A stretch of 61,961 nt of DNA, filler included, from Choristocarpus tenellus KU-1152 (GCA_964200185.2; 11 parts of 11 records of this genome joined end to end with filler, not necessarily neighbours in it), one strand, 5' to 3'. Positions 10,110-24,475 are shown, numbered from the whole stretch's first letter. The notes: generated by a model from the letters alone, not told the origin. Made by a program: numbers and translations.

Positions 10110-13100
10110 GACTTTGAGCGCATCTTGAAGACGCACCACGCCTCCTTCATGGGAGACCCTTTCATCCGCGGGCACATGGACGACCTGCTTAGAACCATGC
10201 GGACGCAGGTGGTACTCGAGGCGATCGCCCCTTACACACGCATCACTCTCTCCCACTTGGCCCAGGAGCTCAACGACATTCCTGAGGAGGAGGTGGAAGA
10301 CCTGCTGGTCTCCCTCATCATCAATGGGAAGGTTGACGGCAAGGTCGATCAGGTGTGAGCGAGGGGGAAAGGGGGGAGGGGGGAGGAAGGGATGCTCTTA
10401 TTTGAGTATCTCTCGTCTATTTTGTCCCCCATGCAGTCGTGCGTTGGGTTTTCCTAAGTATTTTTCCCAGGTGGACATTATTAAAGCGCATCGTATTGGG
10501 GGCCCTTTGTAAACCTCCACTACACGCTGCGCTTGTGATTGGCCAGTGCCGCAGGGGGCCCCAGTTGTTTTTGATTGGGCTACAGAATGGTTGTAGGTGA
10601 AGACTGGTGTCGGAGGAACACATAACTGAAGTGTGTTAACGGTGGAGTCGTACAGTGGCAGTGTGTGTGTGTGTGTGTGTGTGTGTTAGGGTCTTTGTTC
10701 CCAAAGGTGCCATCAGAGTAACAGTGGCAATAGCGATTAAATAATCCCACGGTATTGCTATTGACATGGGAACAGTCACGTGACGATGGTTAGCAAATGT
10801 CGTAAACATGCTGTGGCTAGCGGTGGAAACACTTGGAAGACCGTCTATAACTGTCCGCACCCGTTGGACCAATCGAATCGAATCGGATCGAATCCGATGT
10901 GCGGGGCGGACCAATCAAATCGAATCAAATCGAATCCGATGTGCGGGGCGGACCAATCAAATCGAATCGAATCGAATCGAATCCGATGTGCGGGGCGGAC
11001 CAATCAAATCGAATCAAATCAAATCCGATGTGCGGGGCGGACCAATCGAATCGAATCGAATCCGATGTGCGGGGCGGGGCGGACCAATGGAATCGAATCA
11101 AATCGATCGAATCGAATCGAATCGAATCGATTTCTGACAAACCCGAAGGCCATTGTGGTGGTGAATCTGAGTTGTGCGCGTTGGGGCACAGCCTCCGAAC
11201 TGAAGCATTTGATTGGTGAATCGGAGTTGAACCTTTTTTTTTCTTTTTTGCATTGATTTGATTTCGAATCATTTGATTTCGAATCATTTGTTCCTGTTCG
11301 TGTTTCTGAGAGTGGTTTTCGGGACCGGATCTTCCGACGTCGAGAGATGAAACGTTGGCGACTCAAAAAAAACAACTAATGGGCTTTAGTTCGATTTGTG
11401 CAACTCAAAAAACGTGCTTGTGGTGGCAAATCATACCTGGAGGGATTCAAACCAATGTTTTCGAACCAGGAACCATTTGCGACTGAATCTTTTGTGGATG
11501 GGAAAGTGGTAGGTACATACATACATACATACAGACAGACAGACAGACAGACATACACACATAATCACTGCCGAGTTTCCACAAATGTACAGATTTGCGA
11601 AGGGTTAGGTTGATATGTTTTCTTTTATTTGTTAATAGAACAATGGGGGAACCAAGTACTGTTTGAAATTATGCTAGTAGTAGTAGTAGTAGTAGTAGCA
11701 GTAGTTAGTACTAAATCACAATGTAAGATATGTAAATCAAGATGAGGTAGGGACAGATCAACAACATGCAGTTAGTTATCTGCTCTAGGCACACAGGGAC
11801 AAGTCGTTTATACATCTTAATAACATGATGAGTGATGTCTACAACAGGAAGGCGTACACGGTTCCTGGGAAGAACTTATATGTACACATATATATATATA
11901 GATATATTCGCTCTCCTCCTGAACCTTCACATACCAAGTATATATATATATATATTTTTTTTAACATAATTTGTGGAAGTACAAAAAAGGATATAAATCA
12001 TCATTTTCCGACGTGTGTAATTGTCAGAATTCCTCAACAGTACTGTGGGTTCCGAGGGATGCCCATCACCACACTGTACCATACCATAGACCATAGCATC
12101 CCGTTAAATTAACACCGTGACTATATCGTAACAGTTTATTAATTATATTCTAATTACATGTTAATTATATATTATTTATACACTAATTGTATACTGATTA
12201 TATACTATTTACATATCTGTAACGGGACAACACAAGTAGCTCTTTCAAGGCACATCATGTGCTCTATGCTGGGGAGCAGGGTCTGACCAGTGCCTGCGAT
12301 TCTTTTCTTGTTTCTAAACTGCCTTCAGTCCATAGTGCTGTTCAAATTGTCTAGCAGCATAGTTGCGGGATCTGTTTTTGGGTGTACTGCATCAAATGTT
12401 GTACATGGGAAGGCGTTCTCTTGTTGTGTTTGTTGTGTACTCACTCCTGTGCATGTCTCTTCTTTTCCCCATGGCAACCTGACAACATCTCTCTCTCTCT
12501 CTTTCTCCCCCTCTTGCTGCAAAGGATCAGCAGGTATGAAAAGGTTCTTTAAAGCACACCATTGAATTTAATGTACATAATAGTGTTACGCTAGTGTTAT
12601 TTTGGCATTAGCCTTTAATGTTCGGATCAAGGCATACAACAAATCAAAAGGAGTAGGCAAAACACCCCTCACTACTCTTTTTTTTCGTAATTTCTAGTAT
12701 TATTCTATAGTGTATGGAAGAGACCTCCTGTCCCCAACCAACCCTTCGTGACTCTCATCAGAGACAGACGGGGCAGATAGACTGTCAAACAAACACACAA
12801 GACACTAATGCGTCCTGTGGGTGATGCAAAATGCTATGTGTGGCGGTGGTATATTATCACACTATATTATCACGGGAGAGACACCTGGTCACCGCCCTTA
12901 AGAGTGATACCAAACTGCAACCATAACCCTACCGCCATAACTACAAGCCGTAAATATCATCTTGATATATCATTTTTATTTATTCCGTAACTGTACCATC
13001 CAAGTTCCTTCCTGAACCGTCTCTTAGAGGGTACAAGTTTTCCCTTGCTTGTCCATTTGGGGCTTGACTTTCCGATTTTTTTTTTTTACGACATTTTCCT

Positions 13101-15368
13101 ACTCCGAAATGTTCTGGGAGTAGGTGAAATGTATATACGTTTTATGAAAAGGTGTGCCCCGAACAAGGATATTGACACCTCCCAACAAACACGATAGCCA
13201 AAACTACATCAAAATCGCAACGTTTGGATTTTGGGTCCCCCAAATGGATGCGTTTCTACCCTCTAAGATACTTTGACGCAACAATAGTATTCCCGTGTCG
13301 GCATGATTTGCTTTTGACTTTTTTTGTGGGAGCACATTCCGTTTGGCTTGAGCAGGTTATATTTCCATCGACGACCTTTTTTCAAACGCCTGCGCATCTT
13401 TTTTGAACAAAGTTGAAACGACCCACATTATTGATTGTCAAAACAGCCAAAAGCACACACTGCCCTCAGTTGGTTTTTACTTGAGCCCCCCACAGAATGC
13501 AACCGACCGTGCAATGAGAGTGCAAACCGTGTAGACCCCTGGATTTAATACCTCAGGGGTTTTCCTGCAGCGATGTTTTTGAATCGCCTGAGAGGATCAT
13601 ACTTTTGTCTGTTTAGAATATGGGGGTTTTGAGGGCCGTCTAATGCCCTTGATGCTTTACATGCTAAGGGTTCGTTGCCTGGTGTATGTAGTAGCAGCAG
13701 CAGCAGCAGTAGCAGTAGTAGTAAATTATCTTCTGTGTCTGCACCATACTGATTCCTTGTGTGATAGTTACAGTGGTTAAAATGTACCAGTCCAAAACTC
13801 AAAAGGGAGTTTTCATTCATTAGTGTGTGGGTTGATTGTATGTATGGACGGTTGATGGTAACACTGAACAAATTCAACAATTCTGCTTCTATGCATGTAC
13901 TGTATGTAAACATACGTGTGTATGTACATAGCAGTTGTCATGTTGTATGCTTGTACAAAAAAAGGTAGGTACCTTTTTTTGTACAAGTCGTAGCAGACTC
14001 CAACTGTAGATTTGGATCAAGAATTGATAATCGCGAAAGCTGTTTCATGCCTCCTTCTTCACCTGCCTGAAACTCCTGATAGTGTTACACACACTGTGCT
14101 ATACATTGTGCAGTGCAATGATGTTGTTGAACAAAATTTTGGGGCGTGTGCTATACGTAGGTTTACAATGTAGATAGATAAATGTGAGATAATTGTGTAG
14201 ATTTCTAGATGGAATTGCATGGCACTCTGAATTGCGGGAGGCAGCTGCAGTACCTTGATGCTCTACACATATCCTGCTTTGGTTTCCAGGGACCTGCTTG
14301 AAAGTTGTACTACTTATTGTGTATGCCGTTGGCCATTGTTGATCTTCATCCGCATTGTCAAGGGTGCTCATACTCTTGCATTGTCCGGATAGAGCTGTGC
14401 ACGCTTTTTTCTCCTTTTTTCTTTGGGGTCTTGGTATATCTCGTTCTCTCATACGAGTAGCAGTTACATTATGCTGTTGCTGTTGACTCACCTTGGTCCA
14501 AGTCCTTTTTTTTTTGTAGTTGGCTTGTCCTGCTTGTACTATTTTGATTCTGTGCTCTTGTGTCCTCAGTCAAAGTTCTAGACGCTAATGGTGAACAACA
14601 TGACGAGTTGACTGCAATGGTCTTAGTCTGGAGTACAGTAGGGGGAAACTCGGCAGTGATTAAACTTATGGTCTGTCCCTGCCGACCAGAAGCACTGCTT
14701 TGAGCAGTAGCCACAGAGTCTTGCCTGCCAACCACCTGTTGCAAATCATCTGTTAACATTATCACTGCTCATGTATGTAAGTGTATCACATGGCAATGTA
14801 CTCCATTGATGTATACCTGTGGGCCTTAGTCTCTCTCTATATCACAGGATCAAGCAGCAGTGAGAGTGTTGGAGGTGCTTGATCACCACGCCTATGCATT
14901 CCTTCTTTGCCCCTGTTTTTTCGCCCCAACACTGTGACATCCTTCAGCACCTGGTTTCGTGATCCTCACTCAGTCTCACCTCTTTGTCTCAACTCCCTCT
15001 GACTCCCCATCTGGTGGTGAATGATAGCCAAGTGTTAAATAGCTGCATGAAACTCTTGAAAATATGGGTATGGGTTGAGGCCAACGTTCTGCAAGGTGCA
15101 GGCAGATACATGTGTTAGATTTGGCGCAATGCCCCCACTCTATGGAGTATGTAAGTATCCCCTTCCCCCGGTTCACCAGGTGAAGAGAGTGCTTCTCTGC
15201 GGGGAGGCTGCCACTGCAGCAACAAAGGGGAGAGAGAATCACAGACTTGGGGTATGCACAACGGGAACCGTACGACCTCGGCCTGATCGTATATACTGTG
15301 CAATGGATCAGTGGACAGAGTCTTTACGGCACCTTCATGCTGCCGTTGCCACAAAGGTTTTGCGGTAG
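10110..15368 (+). CDS. CSN2: COP9 signalosome subunit 2 (PCI domain), last two exons
   Basis: Exon 10110-10352 (branch point CACTAAC then CAG; DFERILKTHHASFMGDPFIRGHMDDLLRTMRTQV...PYTRI...GKVDQ|GT). Terminal exon 15180-15368 (VKRVLL...RIYCAMDQWTESLRHLHAAVATKVLR*) resembles the CSN2 C-terminus. Confidence 0.85.
10865..11131. repeat. Compound tandem repeat: constant CCGATGTGCGGGGCGGACC core alternating with variable (AATC[G/A])n runs
   Basis: Five cores spaced about 37-47 bp apart, inside the CSN2 intron. Confidence 0.9.
13012..13279 (+). mobile_element. MITE family A copy (left end degraded)
   Basis: TCTTAGAGGGTAC...CCCAAATGGA...TACCCTCTAAGATACTTTG, matching the other copies. Confidence 0.85.
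13950..13987. repeat. Perfect 18-bp inverted repeat with 2-nt loop
   Basis: CTTGTACAAAAAAAGGTA-GG-TACCTTTTTTTGTACAAG. Confidence 0.9.
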
Positions 15369-17699
15369 CTATGGAGGGGGTATGAAGCAGGGTTTATTTG
15401 GAATATAGCTCCGTACACTGGCTTCACCTGGTCCTGTAGTTCTTGCGTAGTGATGCATGCACTAGGCACCTGCTGTTTCTGGTATAAGTTGTTCCTTTCC
15501 CAGGCCGCATCCCCCCCCTCTGATCTACGATATGTACTCCTCTCATCAGTGTATTGCTTCATCTGCCCCCCTGTCCCCCTCCCAACCTTGTCTAGCGCTC
15601 TTGTGCNNNNNNNNNNNNNNNNNNNNNNNNNNNNNNNNNNNNNNNNNNNNTTAATTAATTAANNNNNNNNNNNNNNNNNNNNNNNNNNNNNNNNNNNNNN
15701 NNNNNNGGGGGGGGGTCTTTGGCCATTTTGTTTTGTTTTCACTTTTTTTTCGGTTCTGTTTTTTTTAATGTTCAAGACTTCTTGAAGAAAAAAAAGAAGA
15801 AAAAAAGTGCTGATAAGAAGCAAGAATAACTTGCTCTTACAAAAAAACCAACCGTACCATACAATACCCACAAGCAGCACAAAACTCCCCTCCACAGGTG
15901 TGAACTGAGTGCCCCAAACAAAAACACGTGCCGCCAAGAAGCCAGAGGGGACCTTCAAAACCAGCGGCACTCCGCCTCTCAGTTATTTCGACTCACATTC
16001 CAGCCGTGCAAACTGGGTTCATTGGAGGTCCCTTCGGTGGTGATTTTCAGTCACCAACCACATCCGGTGACCAATTGTAAGCTATTAGTTTAACCATTAC
16101 CCTCCCATCAAGGCTCTATTTGTGCCGAGATGTGTTGCAACGACAAAGGCCAAAAACGTACACATACACACGCATACACGAACATGCAATTTTACAAAAA
16201 AAAAGGTGAAGATATCAAACACACACCAGCGAAAAAAATCAAACCAATCGGTGACCAAAAACTCTCTCTCCCAACGCTAAACTCCTATCGACCAATCGAG
16301 GACCAAAAATACTCCCAAAGCTAAACTCCAACCAATCGATGAAGGGCTATGGGAGAGTGAGGGGGAGGCCAGAGAGAGAGAGAGAGAGAGAGACTATGTT
16401 AACTCTAGCGTTGAGCACTGCATCATTTGAGGTCTGAGATAGACCGAGCAAATGAACAGAGTGCCACTGTAGCAATTCAGCCAACGTGCATTTGGACCAT
16501 AACCTTACAGGGAGCATGCTACACACCTTCCTAACAGAAAAGTGAGAATAACAAAGAAGTAAAGGAGAAGAGTTGCACAGCTTTTAAATTCAGAACCCTC
16601 TATTCCACGGCAAGTTTGTTGTCGGGCTCTCTACGCATGGTCCTCACACCCTCCAAGGTTACAAATTAATCGTAGTATTGATGCCACAATAAAACCACAC
16701 CGTTCCACATTAACAAACTTTAACTTTTTTTTTTACAGCTCGCGTAGAAGGGGAAAAAAAAAGAAGCAGTTCAGTGGCAAAAAGGAGGACCCCACAAGGA
16801 TAGGACCAGGACCAACTACATTACACCAGGACACGGTTAACGTCAAGTTCTCAGTCAAAACCATGCACTGTCACTTACCAGCATAAGGACACATAAAATC
16901 AATCTCACAAGGAGGGTCCAAACTAAAATTTACATTATCTTTTTGTGAAATCGATAGCTATGTGCTATTTGTATTTCCTACTTGCTCCATGGTTGGGAGC
17001 GGGTACCTCTATTCCCAGGTGTGCTATAATACATCCAAAATTGATTTGAGCATATTCTGGCTATTTCGTTCATTTAAGCAATTGCCATTCTTGAGTTAGA
17101 AGGTTGAAAGATACCAAGGTCCGCGGAACTCCTGCAGAACAGTGTGGATTTGTCGGAAGAGATGTGCGTATGGTGCAAGTCTCACCACTGAAAATACTTA
17201 AAACACAAAATTGATGCTACGCAAGACATTAAAACACACGCTGAATTTTGAACCGCATCTGTTTAGCCTAACTTCAAACGCAGGGCATGTAGCTAATGCA
17301 CATTTTGAGCCTTTGCAGACTGGAACCTTAATCCTCAAAACCTGAGGAAGAAACTCGACTAGGTGTTTATGCGGGGCCTTGCATTCAAGATGAATGCCAC
17401 ACAAACATCTGGAGAGGGGACGGGGAGAGGGGATACTACTCTCACCACTGACGCTTGAGCAGCATTTCCATTTCCCGGAATGTGAGGACTGGTGTTGTTT
17501 CCCTCGGGTGAACTCTTTCCTGACGAGGGGGACAGTGCGCTGGATGCAGAAGATTCCACATCCAAGCTGCCAAAACCAGCGAGCAATCAAATCGTTGTGG
17601 CCCACGGGGGTTGCATTGTCTCGATGTAAGTCATTGAGGTTCTAGGAAGCTGAGGGTGTACAGCGGGATGGAATAGGGAGGAAGAAAGATAATGATTCA

Positions 17700-19400
17700 G
17701 TGATAAGAACGAACACGTAATGCCGACTGCAGCATAGACAACAGGGGAAAACCCGATCATAGCTTGAACAAAAGAAGCAGAGGTAAGGGGAAACTACGCC
17801 ACGCAATATTCCAAAATTGAAGCTCACGAGGTGATGTGATGACATGATCCACGAGGCGTATGGTAGACGCTTCCGGAAAGTTCTACAGTTCCAAGTCTCA
17901 CCCGCTGCTGTCCATTCTAGGTTTTCTTCGCTCCTTTCCACCTTGGAACCTGCACCATCTTCCCCATCTTCCATTGAATATTCCCTTTTGGGGAATCATT
18001 TGCAACGCATTCCTCGCGATGCACGCGGACCCAGTCCTCTCAATGAGGTGGGTCTGACCCCCAACAAACGCATCGGCAGAGATCTGGAGAAGTGCAGTCA
18101 GTACGCCCAAAGAGAAGAATCTATGCCTCCCCATCACTAACCAGACCAGCACCTTTCCCTCCTACTAAAAAACGACACGTAACAAATCCGCAAATCACTG
18201 ATAGATACCCAAATGGTGTAAGAGGATCACTCTGTCAGTAAATTGGATCGAGCTTTCAGCGGGGGCTGTGGTACAAGCAGACTACACACAGGGAATCCAC
18301 GAAGACGAAAAATACAATAGCATACGGATATGAGATGTCTCAAGAGGGGTAGAGGTCTGTGTGCCTCTACTGGCTAGAAGGGGACAAAGAGATTCAAGAG
18401 TGCGAGATGAGGTTATGTTGTGCTTCAACCAATCAACAGCATGTTTCAGTCCCAAATGCCTCCTAAGGGTTTCCATTCGCATCAACCTCTCCATCGTTGT
18501 CATCACTGTCCTCATCGAAGGTTGCACTTGGAGAAGTACATCGGGTGTCATGTTCTCAGTATTGTCGCGTGAGTTTCGTGTCCCATTTCGACACCCTCCT
18601 TACATCTGATATTGGATTCAAGAGTGCGTTGGGAATTACCCCCAATGCTTTCCCTTCGTACCCATTTTTTTGCAGTCTGATGGTAACCATATTTCTTTCC
18701 TAGTGATTATTTCCTACTAATTGCTCCAAACAATGAAGGGGGTGGAAGATTAGCATTTCATTGCCACATGTTTTTGTTGAAAGTGTGTCCCGTACGGCGA
18801 ATACAGACACGCGTCGAGCCCACCCAGCTGACGGTATGGGCATCTGAAGAGACATGACCTGTTTCCCTCTCTCTTACGATTTTCGATATTCCTGAAAGGG
18901 CGCGGATTGGTCGCGGCAACACATGTCCGACCCATTTACCGAGCACCGACGCTTCTGTTCCATTCTTCGGAGAAGAAAGAAGAGCAGTCTAACAGGGTGA
19001 GTACGACACAGAGGAGGTAAGATTTCTGTTACAGGGGAGAGTTGAGGCAGTCTGCGTGTGCCTGTTTGTATCTGAAATGCCCGGCTCAATTGTCTCATTC
19101 TTAATTTGGCGTCGAAAACTTCTTTTGCCAATGGTTGCTACGTGGAAGGCTCCCCTTCGAATTGGATCCACCCTTTGACGCTTCCATCTGTCCACCACAT
19201 TCCACAACAGGCAACCCGACTGAAGTATGTAAGCACAAACTCCGTACCATCCCCCCAATAAACTTGTCTTGCTCAAATTCAAGACACCTCTTCAAGCACT
19301 TCAACAAATTTAGAGAGGAGTACTGTGTTGCTATCTTTCATGCGAACTGACTTGCCCGAAATACTCTACTTTCAAGTTACCAACTGTGCTTCCTCCCTTC
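17700..19400 (-). mobile_element. Possible highly decayed Ty1/copia-like gag-pol remnant
   Basis: Faint motifs across frameshifts in copia order: degenerate knuckle (RRCS..VGHV), VTIRL...GVIPNALL, LRRHLG and WTAAGET...RLPY. Many stops; boundaries uncertain. Confidence 0.3.
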
Positions 19401-21174
19401 CTCTTGTTTTTCGCATGCCGTCCTCACCCAACCCCACTTGCAATGACATTGGTATCGCCCCACCGTCTGTGGGATTTGGAATGTCTGATCTTCTCAATGA
19501 ATTGGCTGGGTGTCGAACTGCATTGTTGGGGGAATGGTTTGGTGTCTAAGGTTCAAGAACTCCGCCAGGCGACCGGCTCTCAATTGACCAAGGCGAAAGA
19601 TTTGGATGAGATGCTGGAGCGTGGCAAGGGGGGCGTAGGTGAGAGGGTGAAATTTGATTGGGCTGGTGGGATGTGTTGCATGGTTGCTTTCATGTGTTAA
19701 TCGCACAAACCGTATAGTGGCTCAGTTGAAGAACATCATTACCCGAATAGTGTGTTCACCATGGCATGGCATTCTCACTCAGAGTAGTAAGGGGTACCTT
19801 GTACTGCCATTTAAAAATAACAGAACTACTCTTCTTTCTCTGAAATGCATCCGTTCACATCTCGTCACGGGTAACAGTAAAATTCTTTTAAAACCATGCA
19901 AGTTATATAACTTCCTTTTTCTAATAAAAAAATAACTGGTCATCTTTGGCAACGACAGAGTCGCTCTCTTACTCTCCAACAGTGGTATCAGAAGGTTGTA
20001 CAAAGGTATTGTCTTCAGGTCAAAGTGACTACTATAATAAATGTATGTCATACGGAATTGAATGTTATTGTGTTACGCTGAATACCGGTCAGCTCTTCTC
20101 CTGCCCCAGCAATTTATAGCACCCTCTCCCCCTCCCATAAATCAGACCATTGTATGCTCTATCAATTTCACTTCATCAAAAATAGAAGGGTTTGTTAATA
20201 GATGGTAAAGGATCAAGCCTTCTCGTTGGTCCATTAATATATTTGAATTTTCTCAAAGCTAAAAGAGCTGCGTAAGAGGGCAATGCGGTTACCTTCAGAA
20301 GATTCAAATTTTTCGACCATTGAGAAGGCTGAAACGATTATAATCCACTTTATTGGCCCCTCCCATTCTGCGTAGCACTTGCTTGTATATATATATATAC
20401 ATATATATATTTATTTTATTTTAAGGTCTGGAATATTTTTCCTTTTTTATTTCTGGACCTGACACAGACTAGGCATTGATGCACAGTTGATGATGCATCT
20501 GATATTATAGGACAGGGATTACATCAGTGAAAAAAAAATGTAGTTAGTTGAGGATTCATCTGTTCGGTAGGTGGTTAACACAATCCAATTGAGAAAATTG
20601 AAAAATACACACATATGTGTGTACATGGGTATACTTGGATACATTCTTTCAGTTAGTTGTTTCTCTTTCCTTGTGCTGGTATGTACCAATAAGACACATA
20701 CACAATGATGACATAAGAGAAATCGGAACGATCTTAGCTGAAAGCTTTTGAGAATTCCATTGTTTAAAAAAAAACACTTTTTTTATGGTACATATACATA
20801 CATGCATAGTCTTGCAGATGGGAAGGGAATGTTACCTTATCATGAAGTACATTTTGAAGCAGTACAGGTATGCATGGAATAAATCACATAACCCCAGACA
20901 TTATTGACCAATATTGCCATGACATGTCGTCCTTATCATCCACCACCCCGAGAGCCCATTGATTCTATTTGGATTTTTTAAAATTGAGATGGGGGGGGGG
21001 GGGTGGCAGGGTTGTTTTTTTTTTTTTTTTTTTTTTTTTGTTTATTTTTTTTGTGTTCATGTTTTTTTTTTGTTNNNNNNNNNNNNNNNNNNNNNNNNNN
21101 NNNNNNNNNNNNNNNNNNTTAATTAATTAANNNNNNNNNNNNNNNNNNNNNNNNNNNNNNNNNNNNNNNNNNNN

Positions 21175-21713
21175 CCCCCTAGTGCTTGGTCCATCACAAA
21201 CTGCGGAACCTGTGACATGGAGGAACATGTTGGGTAGGCCCTTGGGTTAGGGGGAAGCGATGTTGACTACAAAACACCTGCCCAGAATATTCAACAGGTA
21301 AACTCCGTCGATCTGTAAAGTTTCATCAGAAGCGGTCAAAACCTCACGACTTTTCGAACCCCTAAGAGAATTTCGATACGTTATATATAATACGTATCTA
21401 AGGTACACGTCAATTTTTTTTTTGACATAAGATAAGGTACATCAAAAGAGAGAGAGAGAGAGAGAGAGAGAAAAAGCAGCACCAGGGTTGCGATCCAGTG
21501 GCGAGCGAGGGTACCTGCGTTGTCTTTCCACAACCGGTCTCCCCAGAGATAACAACGACCTGGTTCTCGTTGATGGTCCTAACGATCTCCTCAGACTTTG
21601 CATAGGCTGGAAGCCTTCGCCGTGAGGCCTGAATCTCCTCATACATGGGTCCCTTTGGGGGCGGTTGCGGAGGAGAACTGCCTCCCGGTGGTTCTGGCAT
21701 GCCGAAGACCTCC
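21175..21713 (-). CDS. DEAH-box RNA helicase (DHX36/DHX57/DHX29-like), two exons, partial
   Basis: Exon 21713-21515 ([36 protein letters not shown]|GT) and exon 21209-21175 ([11 protein letters not shown], cut by the contig end). Walker A motif GETGCGKTT. Confidence 0.9.
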
Positions 21714-23623
21714 CTGACAGCAAGCAAATAATAATAATAATAATAAAACAGTACCGGAAAGAGCCGTATTTTGCAAAGGATATAGTTGTGCTTCGGACCC
21801 TACAATTTAGACTCTACAAAAAACAAGAGGCTTAGGGTTAGGGTTGAAGGAAGAGCTTGACAAAATTGTTCCCTGTCATGAGCCCAAATACAGAAACGAT
21901 TTAAGGGTTTGAATTGGCACATAAAGACTCACTAGGACACGTCCTAAGTACAGTCTACAAGAAAAACGCAGGGTTAAGGCTAAGGGCTTGAAGTGGAGGT
22001 CAAGCAATACCAAAACACCTTCATGATAACAAACAAGTTTCAAGAATTGAGGTGCAATAGTGTATCTCAGATAGCTGCTTCAGGGTAGAGACTCAACATC
22101 GCCTGACAGATCAGGTTAGGGCTCCACTGGAAGGGTGGCAATCAAGGATGGGTCTCTACACAACAACAAAGCCAATTTGCATATCACAAGAGACACCAAG
22201 CACACAACAAGCACTGCCATGGAGAAGTACAATGCAACCATGAACGAGGATGGATGGGGTTTGGTGTTGGCTGTAGAAATGACATAATAACATTCAGGCT
22301 AATAATGGTTTCCACAAGCAAGATGACATACTTAGAGCACAAGGATAACCATAGACATGACACAAATGCACCAAAGGAGAGGAAGATGCAATATGAACTA
22401 CTTGCATGCTATCCGGCATAGGAGGGCCAGTCAATTCCAGGCAGGATAGGCGTCAGATACCAAATCCATGAGAAAGATCAATATCACGTCAGGGCTGATG
22501 AGGTCAATGTTGGGTAATACCCCAAAGAGTATGGGACAGAAGGCTGGGCCAGTGCAATGATTGACAAGGCCAGAGGAGAGGGGGATGTGGAAAATATTGC
22601 AGCACCTGCGCCTGGGCTTAGGTCCTTCATTGTCCGTCCTCAACTTGCCAGCAGAATTGAGTACCACATCACGTGCAGCGTAGTACACCTTGGTTAACAT
22701 GTGCTCAGGTACCTCAAGCTTTTCTGGTTCAGGGTCCTTTCACAGTTTGATAGGGAAGGTGAAAGATAGTTGGTGAAAGGCACAACAATGAAACAAACAC
22801 AAAACATGGATGCCACCAACAACAGTGGTCGTCAGAGATGTGAGGTGGTAGAAGGGTCAGGAGGGTCACAGTTGGCTGTGACTGTAACCTTCAAGGACTC
22901 ATGTGAGGGTGTCCTGTTTGTGCTGGGATGGAAATGGACTCATCCGACCCAAAAAATCGCAACCAATTACCATGTCTTGTCTACTGCAGAGGTCTCCCCT
23001 ACATACAAGTTGTTGCTTCATATCAGTAGAGCTGTGGGGTGCACAGTTTGATATGGTTTTTGCATGCAAAGATATTAACTACTGCTAAAAACGATATATT
23101 GCAACAAACACTGCACACAACTCTTCCTCCAATCAATATCTCTTTGTCTCTTGAAAGAAATCAATCGGTTTCGGCTCACCTTTCGAAGGACTTTTCGAGG
23201 TGGGTTTACGATTGGATTGACAGCTTCGCTGTGTTTTGCTTTGAAACTGGAAAGCTCTTTTAATGATGTATTTTGAAATGAAATATCAAGCTCACTCCTG
23301 TGTCAACTTGCAACCATCTCGATCATTCAAGCGTCTCACTGACAACACCTCCTCACCACACCCTAATACGGAGTACAAAATTCGAAGTCGTTCGTGTTCC
23401 TGGTGTGTGACTAGAAGAGCTTTTGTTATTTCCCAAGATGCTGCCGAAGAGGTTACAGCAAATGTCAAGGGCATGTCATCGATCCATTGGACACTCATGC
23501 GAACCCATGCAAAGACTGACTAGTCCTCACAAATCACCTGAAACACCTGAGTACCTACTGTGCATCATTTCTGGCCGAAAATGATTTAACACAGGGGGGG
23601 ATGGAACAACCATGTATCCCACC

Positions 23624-24084
23624 TACCGCGAGTCTCTGTTGATGTTTTTGATGGGCCTTGTCGGCCAGGTGAGCTTCGCGCTGCTGAGGCGACATTTCCG
23701 CCACCGTTAACGCCTTCGCCCTGAGAAAGAGCAGCGTTCACAGTTGGGCAAGTCGGGCTGCAAAGTGATGCCAGAACATTTGATGGAATCCCAACTCCTA
23801 GGGTACAGTCCGTCGTGTACAACTCGTGTTCACCAAATTAAGCGCAGAATGACTCGAGTAGCACTCCACTCAGCCTGTCTATGCCGAACCTAGAAGATAC
23901 CTACCCAACCATTCTGAACTCACCTCGAACTATCATTTTTGATATGTTGCCACCATGGGTATCCCGAACCCCCAGCCCCACCCCCTCCAATTCCTGCTCC
24001 TCCTCCCCCTGGTCCTGCTCCTCCTCCCCCGCCACCCCCACCCCTACTCCCTCGCCCTCTGAAAGCATTGCCACCATTCCTCGG
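23624..24084 (-). CDS. Probable low-complexity upstream exons, possibly of the same helicase gene
   Basis: Open frames at about 24084-23924 (acidic, ending at GTGAG) and about 23797-23624, flanked by AG/GT. No recognisable motif. Confidence 0.3.
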
Positions 24085-24475
24085 NNNNNNNNNNNNNNNN
24101 NNNNNNNNNNNNNNNNNNNNNNNNNNNNTTAATTAATTAANNNNNNNNNNNNNNNNNNNNNNNNNNNNNNNNNNNNNNNNNNNNATTCGCGTGTAACAAC
24201 CGTTTGCACTTCGTTGAAATACAAGAAGAAATACTCGCTCTATTCGCCTGTAACACCCCTACGTTCTTGCCATTATTTGATCGGGGCATCGCTTCTCTTC
24301 ACCAACATTTGTACATTTGTGGATACAAACCGTCAAACGCTCTTGTCATAAGCATTCATTTGATGTATACATAAATGGTTGTATACTGCTTGTGGCAATA
24401 CAGTGAAAAAAAGCAAGATTGCTCCAGAGGGGTAACCTACTGGTACCACCTCTTACGTATAGTAGATATGCATTT

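Noticed and set aside
10865-11131. CRISPR-like array
   Set aside because: The intervening segments are pentamer repeats rather than unique spacers; there are no cas genes and the context is a eukaryotic intron.
13950-13966. Similarity to Gateway attB1 (TTGTACAAAAAA)
   Set aside because: Only a short A-rich match with no other vector sequence
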